Origin: Naegleria gruberi
Taxonomy: Eukaryota
Length of the DNA: 64,000 nt
Reading direction: 5' to 3' (one strand)
NCBI GenBank assembly: GCA_000004985.1
Contig: GG738907.1
Under the pieces are notes generated by a model. That model saw only the letters and a list, made by a program, of their open reading frames with translations, did no database searches and was not told the origin of the DNA. Positions 22,316 to 35,700 of the stretch are shown piece by piece. Numbering within the stretch: position 1 is the stretch's first letter; each line of letters opens with the position of its first letter. Both the position numbers and the translations under genes were made by a program.

Positions 22316-25300
22316 TTAAACAGAAGAAACAGTTACTTTCTTTCGATGTGTCAAAAACCATAATCTCAGTCCAAATGCTATACATGCCACAAGTCCCATA
22401 CCTCCAACTATTGGAATACTAATTAAGGCAAATAAGGCATACATGCTATTATCATTGGATTGTGAACAAATATTACTTTTACATCCATCTCCACAATAAT
22501 TAGCTTGGCACTGATCACAATTTGATCCAGTCCAATAACCATCTGCAGAATTGGCTTTACACTGACATATGTTTTGTGAAATGCAAAGTCCGTGACCTCC
22601 ACAAACAGCAGAATTGGTTTTTGGAATTTCAAAACATGTCCAAGAATCTGAATTGCCTGGAGTTTTTGTGGAATTTTGTGTTGTTGATTGAGTAGTATTA
22701 TTTACAAGAGTGTTATTATTACTTGTCGTGGTAGTATTTACATTATTGCCTATAAGTGTATTATTATTTACAATTGTGTTATTTGAAGAGTTAGTATTTG
22801 TAATATTATTATTTGTTATATTGTTTACAGTAGAATTATTATTCAATGACACAGTCTCATTTGTATTCATTGTTGTATTATTCGAATTATTGACAGTAGT
22901 GTTATTTGTAATAGTATTATTTGTAACGGTAGAATTTGAATTAAGTGTTGAGTTTGAAATAGCGTCATTGCTTAATGTTCCATTATTGTTTGGAATTGAA
23001 TTATTGGTATTGGAATTATTCATCTCTAGAGTGGTAGTATTTACAATAATTGAGCAATCCAATCCCTTCCATCCAAATTGACAATCACACTTATTTACAG
23101 TTGAACAGTTTCCATTTCCGGAACACACTGAACTATCATTGGCAAAAATGTTAAAGCAAGAAGGGATGGAACAATCGAATCCAAACCATCCATTAAAGCA
23201 TTGACAAGAATCAGTTGCTGTGCAATTACCATTTCCAGAACAAACTGAGCTCTCATTGCTTACAATTCCAAAACAAGTGGACAATTCACAATTATTTCCA
23301 TAAAAACCAGGATTACAAATGCAAGTATTTGGTGAATTACAAACTCCTCTTGATGAACAAACTTTTGAAGAATTTGAAATAATTCCAAAACATTTAGAGA
23401 ATTCACAAAATTGACCACCGTATAAATCTCCACAATCACAAACATCAGGTGCAAAACAAACACCCAAGCCATTACAGACATTTGGATTGTTGGCAAAGGT
23501 TCCATTGCATGTACGAAGTGTGGATATTACTCTTAGTCGACTATTGTCAGAGTCAATTACAATTATTTCACCATTTCGTCTTAAAATTACTCCAGATGGA
23601 TTATTGATTTTTGAAGCGGAGGCAGTGGTTCCATCTTCACTGTAACCCAAATCACCAGTTCCTGTAATGGTGGTGATATTACCATTAGAGAGAACTCTTC
23701 TAATTCTATTATTGTACGAATCTGCAATCAAGAGTTCATCACCGTCAATGGCAATTCCTTGTGGATATTTGAGTTGTGCATTTGTTGCTTCGATTCCATC
23801 ACCGTTATAACCTAATGTGCCTGTTCCTGCAACAGTTATAATTGTTCCATTAGTAAACATCTTTCTTATTCTATTGTTATAAGTATCTATTTGAATTAGT
23901 TCATCAATTGAAGATTCTTATTTCACTTACCTGCAATGTACATGTTATTACTTGAATCAAATGCGATAGATTGTGGATAATTCAGCTTGGTATTGTTCGG
24001 TAAGAGATAATCACCATTAAAACCAACAGAGCCTCCAATAACTGTGGAAATATTTCCACTTGGTAATATTAGTCTAATTCTATGATTATACGTATCTGTA
24101 ATATAAACAAGATCATTTGAATCAACAGTTACTGAAACTGGGGAATTGAGTTTCGCATTTGTTGCTGGAATTCCATCGCCATTGTAGCCACCTAATCCAA
24201 CTCCAGCTATAGTAAGAATTGTACCATTTGTCAAAATTTTTCTAATTCTATTATTACCAGAATCTGGTAAAGTTTCAATACAAAAAATAATGGAAGATTA
24301 CTTACCTGCAATATAAATATTACCAATGGAATCAAATGCAATTCCTGTTGGTTTGTTAACTTGAGCACTTGTTGCCAAAATTCCATCTCCATTATAACCA
24401 AAAGATCCAGTACCTGCAATGGTTGTGATGGTCCCATCCAAGTACGAAATCTTTCTAACTCTGTGATTGCTTGTATCTGTGAAAATCATTGAAACCTTAA
24501 TAAATTTCACACAATCAACTGAAAACTTACCAGCAATGTAAATATTTCCCAATGAATCCAATGCAGCACCTTTAGGTTTACTCAATGCGCTCAATCTAGA
24601 ATCAACATTTTCACCACAATATGATGGAGAACCTTGTCCAGCTATTGTGGTAATAAATCCATTTGAAATCTTTCTAATTCTGTGATTTCCCTTATCAGCA
24701 ATATATAAATCACTTGTGTTCTTGGCAAAATTCATCAATTCAGGAGAGGCAAGAGTTGCCAAATTGACCGTAGTATTATCAGTAAAACCATACAAACTCG
24801 TTCCTGCAAATGTTGTAATGGTTCCATTGGTAGACACCTTTCTAATTCTATTAGAATCTGAAAAATAAACTTCGCCTAATGATGAAACTGCAACTCCATA
24901 AGGTGAATTAATTTTAGCTAAGGTTGCCAGGCCTCCATCTCCATAATAATCACCTGTTCCAGTACCGGCTATGGTTACAATAGTGCCATTCAATAATACT
25001 TTACGAATTCTGTTATTATTGGTGTCAGCAATATAAATATTGTCTTTCGTATCAACAGCAACACCAAAGGAAAGAAACAAAGTTGCACTCGTAGCTTTCA
25101 TGTTATCTCCATTGTAACCTGTGAAAAAGTAATAAATTAAAAAACAGTTCCGTTAAAATACATACCTTGAGAATTGCTTCCTGCCACTGTTATAATTGTT
25201 CCATTGTTGAACACTTGGCGAATTCTATTATTGTTCACGTCGGTAAAGAGTAATTCTTCCTTGCTATTTAATGTAAGGCCATAAGGATAATTAATAGCTG

Positions 25301-25790
25301 CATTTCTGGCCAATCCATTATCTCCAGAAAAGGAATCAACTCCAGTTCCGACAATGGTTATAATAGTACCATTGGTTAATATCTTTCTAATTCTATTGTT
25401 GCCATTATCACTGAACAACACCTCTCCCATAGAATTAACAACTACTGATACAGGATTTTTCAATTGAGCTCTAATTGCTTCAATTCCATCTCCGTTATAT
25501 CCTGAAAATCCAGTCCCTGCAATTGTTGTAATGGTGCCATTTGGAAATACTTGACGAATTCTGTGATTATTGCTATCTGCAATGAAGAGTGAACCATCTG
25601 GACCCAATGCTGATGATGCAGGATTTGCCAAAGAAGCCTTAATTGCCAAGCCACCATCACAAACACCTCCACCTGCAATTGTTGTGATTCTTCTCAATGA
25701 TGTAGTATTCTGTGCTTGAATTGTTGCAAGAGCGCTTGAAAGTAATAGGAAGACGCTGAGCCAGTAGAATGGATTTTGAGTATTGTACAT
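22316..25790 (-). CDS. secreted/membrane NHL-repeat protein with EGF-like Cys-rich repeats, Asn/Thr-rich stalk and C-terminal TM; CDS complement(join(22316..23886,23931..24263,24306..25118,25166..25790)), 1113 aa
   Basis: signal peptide MYNTQNPFYWLSVFLLLSSALATIQA; >10 NHL-type repeats (TIAG.G..GY.GDG.A..A.L..P.GV..D..G..YIAD..N.RIRKV); EGF-like C-x-C spacing (CNGLGVCFAPDVCDCGDLYGGQFCE repeated ~6x); NNT/NNS glyco-stalk; TM MYALFALISIPIVGGMGLVACIAFGL; four track ORFs join in frame through three 42-47-bp GTAAGT..AG introns (total 3342 nt). Confidence 0.75.
22690..23050 (-). repeat. coding low-complexity Asn/Thr/Ser-rich tract (N-glycosylation-type stalk) inside the NHL/EGF gene
   Basis: translated as TNNTITNNTTVNNSNNTTMNTNETV...; mirrored spurious ORF on opposite strand (22710..23081). 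Confidence 0.5.
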
Positions 25791-26187
25791 GGTTTTGATG
25801 TCAACTGGGTTTTTTTCTTTTTGTTTTCCTGTTGCATATATGATTAATAAATGTTCTAGAGATGCAATGAAGTGTAAGAGCTCAAATTCTAGCTGCATCC
25901 AACCAAATTAAGCCCTTAATCATTTGATCTCTATTGGAATGATATATTTGGATTTCCATGGAGATCCTTGGGTTGTTGAGGAAGAGTTCAACACACAACT
26001 CGTCGAACAACATAAGAATCCAAAATTCCTTAGATATCCTACACTACACTCGATCTTATTAGAATTAATAAATAAATCTGTTGAGTTTCCACATGAGTTT
26101 CTCTAATTGTCAACAAATGTCATTGAATTACACAATCATTGCTAGACACATTCATATGATTTATTCAATTCCAAAACAACTTTGAAA

Positions 26188-26697
26188 TTAGACACTGCAA
26201 ATAAAATTAGTGTCAACCCAACCAATAGAGCTTCCAACCAAAACCTTTGTAACATAAATTCCTTGTTCAGTATAAATTGGATCAGACAATACATAACCGA
26301 ATTGACCTTGAACAAATGTGAAAGCAGGCTTTCCATAAAGCAATGGAGTTGAATACACATTCAATGAGCTTCCCTTACAAACAACTACTTTATCACCACC
26401 TCTAAACTCTGACTTGATTGCACACAAATTACTCAACAAGACATCTCCCTGAATGCCATAAACTGAAATTGGAAACATGAGTTTTTCTCTGCCACAGAAG
26501 AAACTTTGACCAATAATTTCGACACGAGTGTTGGCTGGAAGGAGGAGTGTGTAATTGTTGAGATTGCATTTATCATTGTTAATGATTGGTGCAAGTTCTT
26601 CTTTTGCTAAATTGCAAATTTCAACATAGATTGGCTTTCCAATAACTAGAAAACTCAATGCTAAGACGAAACAAGTGAATAGAATTGACTTGAACAT
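26188..26697 (-). CDS. small secreted protein (169 aa), hypothetical
   Basis: N-terminal signal peptide MFKSILFTCFVLALSFLVIG; 6 Cys; no recognisable family. Confidence 0.4.
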   Translation of the reverse strand: MFKSILFTCFVLALSFLVIGKPIYVEICNLAKEELAPIINNDKCNLNNYTLLLPANTRVEIIGQSFFCGREKLMFPISVYGIQGDVLLSNLCAIKSEFRGGDKVVVCKGSSLNVYSTPLLYGKPAFTFVQGQFGYVLSDPIYTEQGIYVTKVLVGSSIGWVDTNFICSV

Positions 26698-27579
26698 TTT
26701 TTTTTCAATAGGAGTTTGAATCTAGTTGGATATTCGAATGTTTTATAGTTTTGGATTGAATGTTAAAGCAAATTCTTAATAATCTTCAAGTAACATTTAT
26801 TTGAAAATCTTTGAATTGCTTTCATCCAATTTAGTTTGAATGTTACCGTGATTTTCACCGAAATGTCACTCTGAGTAGTTCAATTTTGATTCTACTAAAA
26901 GAAGAACATATGAAACACTTGAAATATGATTATATTCGAATCGTTTCACATGATTCTGCCCTCCAATAACATTACGGTAAACTAATAACCTCAATGTTAA
27001 TTTGAAACCAATCAGAAATTTATTTTTTACAACAAATATTATAAAGGTCAATAAGGAAACTTTATAAATTTTTGAGAATCAATACTACTAGTTTCGAATA
27101 GGTTCCGTTTGGAAATTTCTTGCACCTTTAGCAAGAGATAGCATTCGTCCTCAGCACAAACAAACATCACAACCCATCAAAAAAGTGTTTTCCCTCCATA
27201 AAAATAGAATTTACAGCTCTACCAAAAAAATTTGCAATCAAACTTTTCCTTGCCAACAACTTTCAATAGAAGAAGATAACCAAAATTGTTGTGTTGTGAG
27301 GCAAACCCTATATTCATCTATTCATCATCAAGAAGAAGAGAAGATTTATTCTGTAGTGTACCGTTCATTTGAATTATTGTCTCTTGATTGTGATCATCAT
27401 CAAGTCAACCCGGTTGTTCAAATCATCATTGTATAAAAAAACATCAAAACATCATTAGCATCATCATCAATATTATTAACGTTAAACTTTTAAAAGAAAC
27501 AAAATCATATAACAACAACAATAATAACAAATTTATAAATTTCTAAAGAGAAATCACAAGAAATAATAATAATAACAAT

Positions 27580-29047
27580 ATGGGATTAGGAAGTTCAACG
27601 CATGCAGGAGAGGAATTTAGTGCTCCCAAGAGACAATCATCTGCTTCATCATCAACTCAGAAAAAGCCTGAAGATGTTGTTTTGGAGAAGGTTTTAGCCA
27701 ATTCGATTATTAAACAAAAACTTGGTAACAATATTCAACAAATGAAGATGTTTGCTCAGCAGTTGGCCTATCCAGAAGAATTGAAGGAATCGTATTTACA
27801 CACTGATTGGGTACAAACAACAAAGTTGATATCAGACATTTCGACCAAAGTTAACGAAGATGTTTCTAATTTAAATGATGGCAGCAGTAGCCAAGATTTG
27901 ATTAGGAGAGGATCTCAATTACTTCAATCGACACAATCGGCCAATGATATGAAGATTATTGGCTCTTTTAATTCTACAATGAACTCACAAGAAGGAGATA
28001 ATTTTAATAGCGAGCTTGCTAAACAGCCTCCTCTCCAATTGAAGGACAAGATTAGAATTAAATTATTAGTAACCGAAACTGCAAGAAATAATACTGATAG
28101 AACTATTAGACAATTGTTGTCGCCTGTACTGAATCAATTTAATGTTCTACCAGAGATGGGTATGTTCCATACTGCTCTTATTGTAGGTCCATGGAAATTG
28201 GAGGTATGTTCTAATTAACTGACATTTAACTAACATTTAATTTTCTAATTATGTTCTTCATGGTGGACAATGAATATTAATCATCATCATCATTTAATAA
28301 TAATAATAATATGAACTATAGTTTAATGATTCGGGTATTGTAGTACCTAGAAAAATCATGTCACAAGCAGCTGTAGTTACTGCTGATATTGATTATATTT
28401 CGACTGTTGACAGATTGGAACAAGTTATCGACAGTCTTGCTAAAGTAATTTGTAAATGGAACGTGACAATGTATTATAAACAAACAGGTGGAGACAAGTC
28501 AAAATATGGAAATTGTCAAGATTTTGTGGATGACTGCATGGAAGCATTAGGAGTAAAATTAAACTTTGATGGAGCCTTGAAGAATTTCCTGACGCGTTTG
28601 AGAAAAACAGGAAATAGCAAACTTCAATTCGAAATGACCAGAGAATTTATTGAGACTTTTAATCTAGTTGAAATTTATCCATCACTTCAGCGAGCTTTAC
28701 AACAACACCAAGACAACTCGAGTAGTGGATCGAATAATTCTTCAGAGCAGGATGAAGATCCAGCTGGTGCTCTTATTTTTAATACCCATAAGGAACTCGA
28801 CAAGTTTGTTTGGATTTTGATGAATAAGGACTTTGAATTTCAAAATCATTACCCATGTGAATATCAACTTTTGAAATCATTTGATAGAGCTTTCTGGGTT
28901 AAGGCTATCACTTATCCAGACATGCAACAATTCCATCCACTCTATGAAGATGAGGAAAAGAATCAACCACCACCAAAGAATGAAGAAAGGAAACACAAGT
29001 GTCCTTTCGGAGATCCTTGTGCAGCATCATTCATTTATCTTCAATAA
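27580..29047 (+). CDS. LRAT/NlpC-P60-like (H-rev107/PLAAT-type) domain protein; CDS join(27580..28203,28322..29047), 449 aa
   Basis: His-containing FHTALIVGPWKLE and Cys-containing YGNCQDFVDDCMEAL ~80 aa apart, matching the circularly permuted papain-like H...NCEHF arrangement of LRAT/PLAAT proteins; the two halves are only joined by a 118-bp GTATGT...TATAG intron that restores the frame. Confidence 0.5.
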
Positions 29048-30804
29048 ATGTCACATTTTATTTCCAAATCACAAAAGAATCTCCTATCGATTCGAATATC
29101 TGAAATCGCCTCCTCCTTAATGTGGAAATAATTGGTAAAGTGTGCAACAGGTAACATTTCTGCTTTCATCAATTCAAAAGCATGATTATCAACCTTGGAT
29201 GAGGTAAGGAAAGTTTTCACAACAAAGCAATCCTGATTCTTACGAAATGGTCTGAAAGAATACATGCTTCTCTTATTGATTGTGAATTTTGGCATATTGA
29301 GTTTTTCCAATTCATTCCTAGTAAAGCCATTAATTTCTCCTCCATAATTAGTTAGGAAATGTCTTGGTTGTTGTTTCCTCTTCTTTGAAACGGCTGTGAA
29401 TCCATCTTCTAGCATTTCTTCGCTTCTAGTCTTGTAAACTGTTGGCCTAGTTTCAGTAAGTGTCTTTTTGGATAGATCCATAATTAACCATTTGGAATTT
29501 TCAAACAATTCCAAGAGAGTAATCTCTTCTGTATTGGTTCCATTATTTGCCCTTTCTAAAAGAATCAAATATTTTGATTCTGTTAATTTACAAACTTCTC
29601 CAATTTTTAAACCTTCCAAGTGTTTTGTTAAGCTTTCCGAAAGAATTTCATCCTTTTCCAAAGTAAAAGCTGATCCATTACTTCCAATAGAAAAAACATC
29701 AGAATTAGCAATCATGAACATGCCTTTGTGAGATGGTAATTCACAAGAAAGGAGCAGTTTCTTTGAGTTTTGAAGTAAACTAGGAAGAGGAAATAATCTC
29801 TTCTCAATTGTATCCAAATCGTACAATACCAACTGATTTTCATTGATTGTGAGAGTATTTGTAGACTTTCTATCTGGGAATATTCGATTCAAAGGAGTGA
29901 ATTTACCAGAAATTAATTCAGATTCTCTTTCAAATGGTGAACTCTTTACATACTTTTCAACCAAAACTCGCGTGTTTGCAATTTCCAATCTATCCATAAT
30001 TAATCTAAACTGTACATACATTCCTTCACTCAAGAATGTGAATTTCCCACTATTCACAATATGATTATCCTCATTCTCAATTTTCACGTCATTTTCAAAA
30101 GTAAACATGTAATGATTCCTCCTGGAAAAATCACCTTCCAATTCCAAATACTTTTTCATCTTGCCATCGATTTCCAAATCCAAGAATATGAAATCCTCCA
30201 AATCACTCACAATCCTAAACTTTCTCATATTTATGAGTGCAATCTTGTATTGAGATATTCCCTGAGTGAAATACTCTCCCTCCACACGTTCAGAATCATG
30301 ATGAAACAAACCACTCGTGTCCTTCCTAATCATCACCAACATGAAAGCATTCGTCATTGCACTCTTAAACCCCTCAAATTCTCTCAATTCCACGCCATTC
30401 TCCTCTACAAAACTAAAGTGCGCAGCCATCATTTTACTCTTAAACAATTGTCTTCTCTTTTCCTTCCGAGCATCCTTAGCATTCATCGTTGTATTTACAT
30501 TCTTATTATTTACATTATTTGATGATGATGAATTATTCCTTTTCAAAGCCTTTGATTTTGTATTATTATTATTATTATTATTAATTTTAATATTATTATT
30601 ATTCAAAGCCTTTGATGATGCGGAATTAATTGGCTTAAATGTTTCATGGCAAATCAAGCCTAAAGGAATGACCTCAGTGGAGGCGATGAAACTCTGTTGT
30701 GTTTCCTCTGGTTGATAATAGTAGTAATCATCGGTTTGGTAGAGATCGTTTTCATAGCCTAATAGACTGTTATATTTGATCGGAATGATACGATCGGCCA
30801 CCAT
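29041..30804 (-). CDS. hypothetical protein (587 aa) with poly-Asn N-terminal region
   Basis: long ATG ORF; N-terminal Asn/Ser low complexity; conserved-looking C-terminal ~350 aa without motif I can name. Confidence 0.45.
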   Translation of the reverse strand: MVADRIIPIKYNSLLGYENDLYQTDDYYYYQPEETQQSFIASTEVIPLGLICHETFKPINSASSKALNNNNIKINNNNNNNTKSKALKRNNSSSSNNVNNKNVNTTMNAKDARKEKRRQLFKSKMMAAHFSFVEENGVELREFEGFKSAMTNAFMLVMIRKDTSGLFHHDSERVEGEYFTQGISQYKIALINMRKFRIVSDLEDFIFLDLEIDGKMKKYLELEGDFSRRNHYMFTFENDVKIENEDNHIVNSGKFTFLSEGMYVQFRLIMDRLEIANTRVLVEKYVKSSPFERESELISGKFTPLNRIFPDRKSTNTLTINENQLVLYDLDTIEKRLFPLPSLLQNSKKLLLSCELPSHKGMFMIANSDVFSIGSNGSAFTLEKDEILSESLTKHLEGLKIGEVCKLTESKYLILLERANNGTNTEEITLLELFENSKWLIMDLSKKTLTETRPTVYKTRSEEMLEDGFTAVSKKRKQQPRHFLTNYGGEINGFTRNELEKLNMPKFTINKRSMYSFRPFRKNQDCFVVKTFLTSSKVDNHAFELMKAEMLPVAHFTNYFHIKEEAISDIRIDRRFFCDLEIKCDIY

Positions 30805-30927
30805 GATGATCTTGTTTTGCTAATTTTTTTTTGTTAATTTTATATATAGAATTATTTTAAATACAGTTTACAATAATATTTTGTAAACTTTGAACTCTAA
30901 TTACCCTAAAAACATGTCCAAAAAAAA
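30805..30927. promoter_or_regulatory. AT-rich divergent intergenic region (putative shared promoter)
   Basis: 123 bp between head-to-head start codons; inference only. Confidence 0.2.
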
Positions 30928-32545
30928 ATGTCGCAACTCAAACTGCTATTCTCTTTGATGCTGCTCATTTCCATCATCCTGGTCATGACGATGAATTTTC
31001 AAATTAATGGAAAAATCAATCATCACACATTGATGAATATTAATTCCTCCGATGTAGACAAGAAGAAGATGATGAATTATAATAATCAAAAGCGAGTCAG
31101 GGTAAAATCAAACTCTCAATGTGAATGTTCTTCCTATCCAAATTTAGAAATTCATGATGACGAAAAATTGTCTCAAATTTTGTTGGAGGCCAAAATGGAA
31201 TTTATGAAGGGTGTTGTGATGGAAAAATTCAATAGTTTGGATGTTACGTTGATGCTACCTGTCAATGGGACTAAGGTTTGGAGGAGAGGAAGTGTCAATC
31301 CTAGAAAATTGACCTATCCAGCAAGTTGTGTGAAATTGGCTTATTTATTTAGTTCATTCCATTGGTGTAAGAATGTGAAGAGGGAGAGAATTGTGGATTG
31401 TATTGATATTCATACTCATCCAATGATTACTTGGAGTGATAATTTGGAGACTGGATATGTTGTGGATGCCATCTCTGAACAATTGAATTTGTACGATTTG
31501 AATTCTGTCAATGATGCAAGATTTCATTCATGGTTAGAGAAGAGAAATTTCACAATGAAATATTTGGAGAGTAGAAATTTGATTGGAAATCAAATTTTCA
31601 TTGCCAAGACCTATCCAACCAATAGTGGACAAATGCCAATTGGAGCAGAGGCAGTTCAGAGATCTTTCACTGGACCTAATGCAATGGCTCCATGTTGTGC
31701 TGCTTCATTGGTATTGCAGACAATGTATGGACTCGAGAAGGAGGAAACTGATTATGCAAAGAAGTTGTTATTCCATAGAAGATTTGATGATTGGAGTGCT
31801 ATTGCTCCAGCTCTTCCACCTGGAAGTAAGTTTATTTTAATATTATTCGAAATTGACTACTTATTTGAAATGCTCATCAAATGAATGAATTTGTAATGCA
31901 GCTCTCTTACATAACAAGATTGGAAATGCCTATGATAATATTAATGACCTAGTTCATCTTGTTCTTCCAAATGGAAAGGAAGCAATTGTGGCCATCTTAT
32001 CCAATGGTTATCAGAGATCAACTGATTCTACTATTCTAGCTCGTTTCACAGAAATTCTTCTTCAAAAATTGGAATTATTGAAAGGTTTGCCACCAATTAT
32101 TACCTTGACCACTGATTCTGGAAATGCTCGTTACAATACACAAGAGGGATGGATCTATTTCAATAATCAAACTATTCAAACCATTGGAAAGGACAGAATT
32201 GGAAACTCGATTGTTGTTTTACCTCCAAATCAAAAAGTGGCCACAACTCTCTCATGGGATGTTGAGCTACCTGAAGATGGACTCTACGAAATTACTGTCT
32301 ATACAGCCACTGTTGAAACATCAGATGGATCTAGTCAATTTGATGTTCCTTGTATTGTTAATTACTATCCGAATGCTAGTTCTGGTTCTACTTATCAAAC
32401 TCGTTTCTCAACTTGGACAAAGATTGGCGACTATTTACTCAACAAGGGTTTGAATAAGAATGTTGTGCAAATTCAAGTTCCTCTCAATTATCCGTATCCA
32501 GTCTCAGTCAATGCCATCAAGTTTAGCAAGTATCCAAATTATTAA
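30928..32545 (+). CDS. secreted serine-hydrolase-like protein with SxxK and SDN motifs (beta-lactamase/transpeptidase-like fold suspected) plus C-terminal beta-rich domain; CDS join(30928..31825,31902..32545), 513 aa
   Basis: signal/TM segment LLFSLMLLISIILVMT; YPASCVKLAYLF (S-x-x-K), ITWSDNLETGY (S-D-N), IAKTYPTNSG (K-T-x); 76-bp GTAAGT..GCAG intron joins two track ORFs in frame. Motif spacing is shorter than in class A beta-lactamases, so the family call is weak. Confidence 0.45.
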
Positions 32546-32712
32546 ATTTCATTACGAGGTGCATTAATTTCGGTTCGAAATATATATATAATATATATCA
32601 TTTTCATTTCGCAATAAACCTCACTCGCATTAATTTCAAATTACAAAAGTAAAAAATTTGTTGTTAATAGTAAGGTGAACATCGAAATTTGGGTTGTTGA
32701 GAATATTAAGTT

Positions 32713-35700
32713 TTATGTAAAATAATATTTATTTAATGGTAAAAAGCGATGTTTAAGCCTCTTCTTCCTTGAGGTTTGCGTAATTAATATTGTTGTAATT
32801 TTCCTTCTTTTCATCACCACTGCCCGAAGAGCCTTCTTCTTTCTTCTGTAAATAACAAAGGCTACCACTCCTACAACAAGAATAACAATTACCACTATTA
32901 ATAAGATTAATCCCAATCCAATGAGGTAGTAATAGTTGTGATTTTCTCCAATAATAACACTGTTAGAGTCTTTTGGAAGGCCTTGCTGACTTGATTCATG
33001 AGTTGGAGGAGGATTTGGTGCAATCATTTGGGATATGATGGCAACGGAAGATGTCCATGATTTTGAGGAGCAGGATACTGAGAAGATGGTTGCTTCTCCT
33101 TGTTCTATTTGATTAAGGATGGTTGTAGTTACATTATCAGTGTTCCAGCTGTTAGAATCATAGAATGCACATGAAAGACTTGTTGCTGCCTCTTTCTGAA
33201 CTGAAATGTTGTGCATGTATAAGTGGATAGGCTCTTTGAGATTTGTTATTTCAATTCTTTCTGTTGTTCCATTTTGCAATAGAATGAAATTAACTATTGG
33301 ACTAACTACTTTGGAATTCTCTTGTGATTTTGATGATTCAGGAATTACAGAGGAAGCCATTGTTAGAATCGTTTGTCCTAAAGTATTATTCAAAAATACA
33401 TATTCTGAAATAGTGGAAGGTAGGACCATGATGATATTTTCATACTTTTCGAAGGTGATTGTGAGATGATTGTTAATATTTTGCACTTCCACAATGTTTG
33501 TTTCTGTTTCATTTGATTTCGATTCAATATTTGAACAATAGAAAGAATCTTTCTCAGATTCTGGACACAACACATTTTGATCACATTCAGCTCCAAAATA
33601 TCCATACTTGCATTGACACTTGTCTAATGAAGAGCAGAATCCATTACCAGAACAAACACGTTCATCAGAGAATGCAATACCAAAACAGTTGAATAACTCA
33701 CAAGAATCACCAAAGTAGCCACCAGAACATTCACACTTATTTGGAGATACGCAATTCCCTCTGGACGAGCAAACTGTCTTGTTGGACATTAGAATATCAA
33801 AACATTTGAAAAGTTCACATTCATCTCCTTCATAACCCTCTAAACATTCACATTCATTATATCCAATACAATTACCTTTTCCAGAACAAACATTATTAGC
33901 AGAAGGTATCTTTCCATAGCAAATTGTATTATCGAGGGTCAATTGAAGCATTGGATTTGGCTCTCCAGCTTTACCAGAAATAGCAATAGAAAGTTCCACA
34001 TAGCTCGATGAAAATTCTGTTATTGGAATAATTAGTGATCTGTCATGGTCTCCATTCGAAGAGTAGCTGCTGTAGTCTGGGGAGTAAATTTGTTTAGCAA
34101 CACCGACATTCACATAACCTGAAACAGCCTTAATATTCAAAACGAGATAGTCAGAATATGGCCGTCCGTAATAATTGAGGATGTTGGGCATTCCATCAGT
34201 AGATGCCTTCATCAATATAGTATCTCGTAAACGGATGAAGGCGTCATCTAAGAAGGCAGATAATTTGAATGTGGAAGCAACTAGCCCGTAAACTCCAATG
34301 TAATAGCATCCAACTTGTTGATTGCTTAACATGAGAACTTGACCGTATTGAGTTTCAGGATCCACTTTCCAATTATAATGAGTTTCATTCGCAGGTTGGC
34401 AGTCATTAGAAACATACATGATTGTGGAGCCGGTAATATTGATCAACGCAAAGGAAAGATGTGAAGCAATGTTTTTTTTGAGATCGAATCTGAATTGATG
34501 AATCTCATTGTTAGCGACACTATCTTCCCCAGAAATTCTATTCAAAGGTAATACTCTGTAAATAATTTTCACTTTCAACTTATACGAAACAGGAGTTGAA
34601 GAACTCGTCTTGACAGCAATGTAAAGGTAACTTCCTGAAAAGAGGATTTCCTGGTTGTAAATACCATTAATTTCTTGTGGTGCACCATCTTGCCCTATTG
34701 GTTTAGGATTTTCGGTACTGTAATAAAGGTTAATGACACCAACACTTTCAATTGAAATGAGCAATTTCATTGAACCATCCAATGGATATTGGTAAAATTG
34801 ATAGAAATCCGTATTTACAATTTTAGAGGAAACAATCTGGTCATTTGATAAGAGAATTGACTTGTTTGATTGTAAAGCCATTATTGAGTAGTATGAAAGT
34901 GCTGAAAGTTCTGAATAAGTTCCTTCCACTGTAACACGAAACTCATTTGAAGTTATGAGTTTAGAGATTCCTGGAATTAGCAATGCATTTGGTGACCGTG
35001 TACTCCAATTATAATCTCTTGGAGAAGGAAAGGTATTCTTGGTATTGACATACAACTCAACGCTTCCAACTGATGTTGAAATGAAGAACATTATATCAGT
35101 ATTGTTAAGTTCCTCTTGCTTGGCTTTGAAAGTGAAGTATCCATATTTTCCATAAGGTACAACAAACAATCCAACTCTTCTTCCATTGATCAATTCTGTT
35201 GGAGGATTTTCTGTTGAATATGTCAACGTATAAGAAGAGTCAACTTCACCAAAAACAGAAAATTTGAGATCACTTCTCTCGTTAATAATCAGTTGTCCAG
35301 GTTGACCTACTGTTCCATTAGCTGCCCTAGTGTGAACATATTGATTTGGTCTTTCACTTTCAAAGGAAAGGAACAATTTCACACTTCCAAAAAATACAGT
35401 CAATGTAAGGCTACTTTTTAGCATATCTTTCTTGTTATGTTGGTAGTAATTCAATTGATTTGCAGCAACTGTTCCATTCACAGCAACATCCTCTTGTAAA
35501 AGCACGTATTCTGGCATTGATTTTACGGTCAAAGTTACCAATCCAATCTTGATTCCAATGTAATAAGTGCCAACCTTTGAATCACTCATAGGAATTTGCT
35601 TTACTTTTTCTCTATTTGCCAACATGTAATAATCATAACTGTTCTCAGTTGGTTTGGTTCCATACTTGATATAAAAGTCTACCATCTTGGTTGTTCTCAC

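Noticed and set aside
30928-31884. Confident call of a class A beta-lactamase
   Set aside because: SxxK and SDN are present, but the spacing (about 38 aa to SDN and about 90 aa to the KT motif) is much shorter than the ~60/~164 expected for class A enzymes. It is kept only as a low-confidence fold suggestion.
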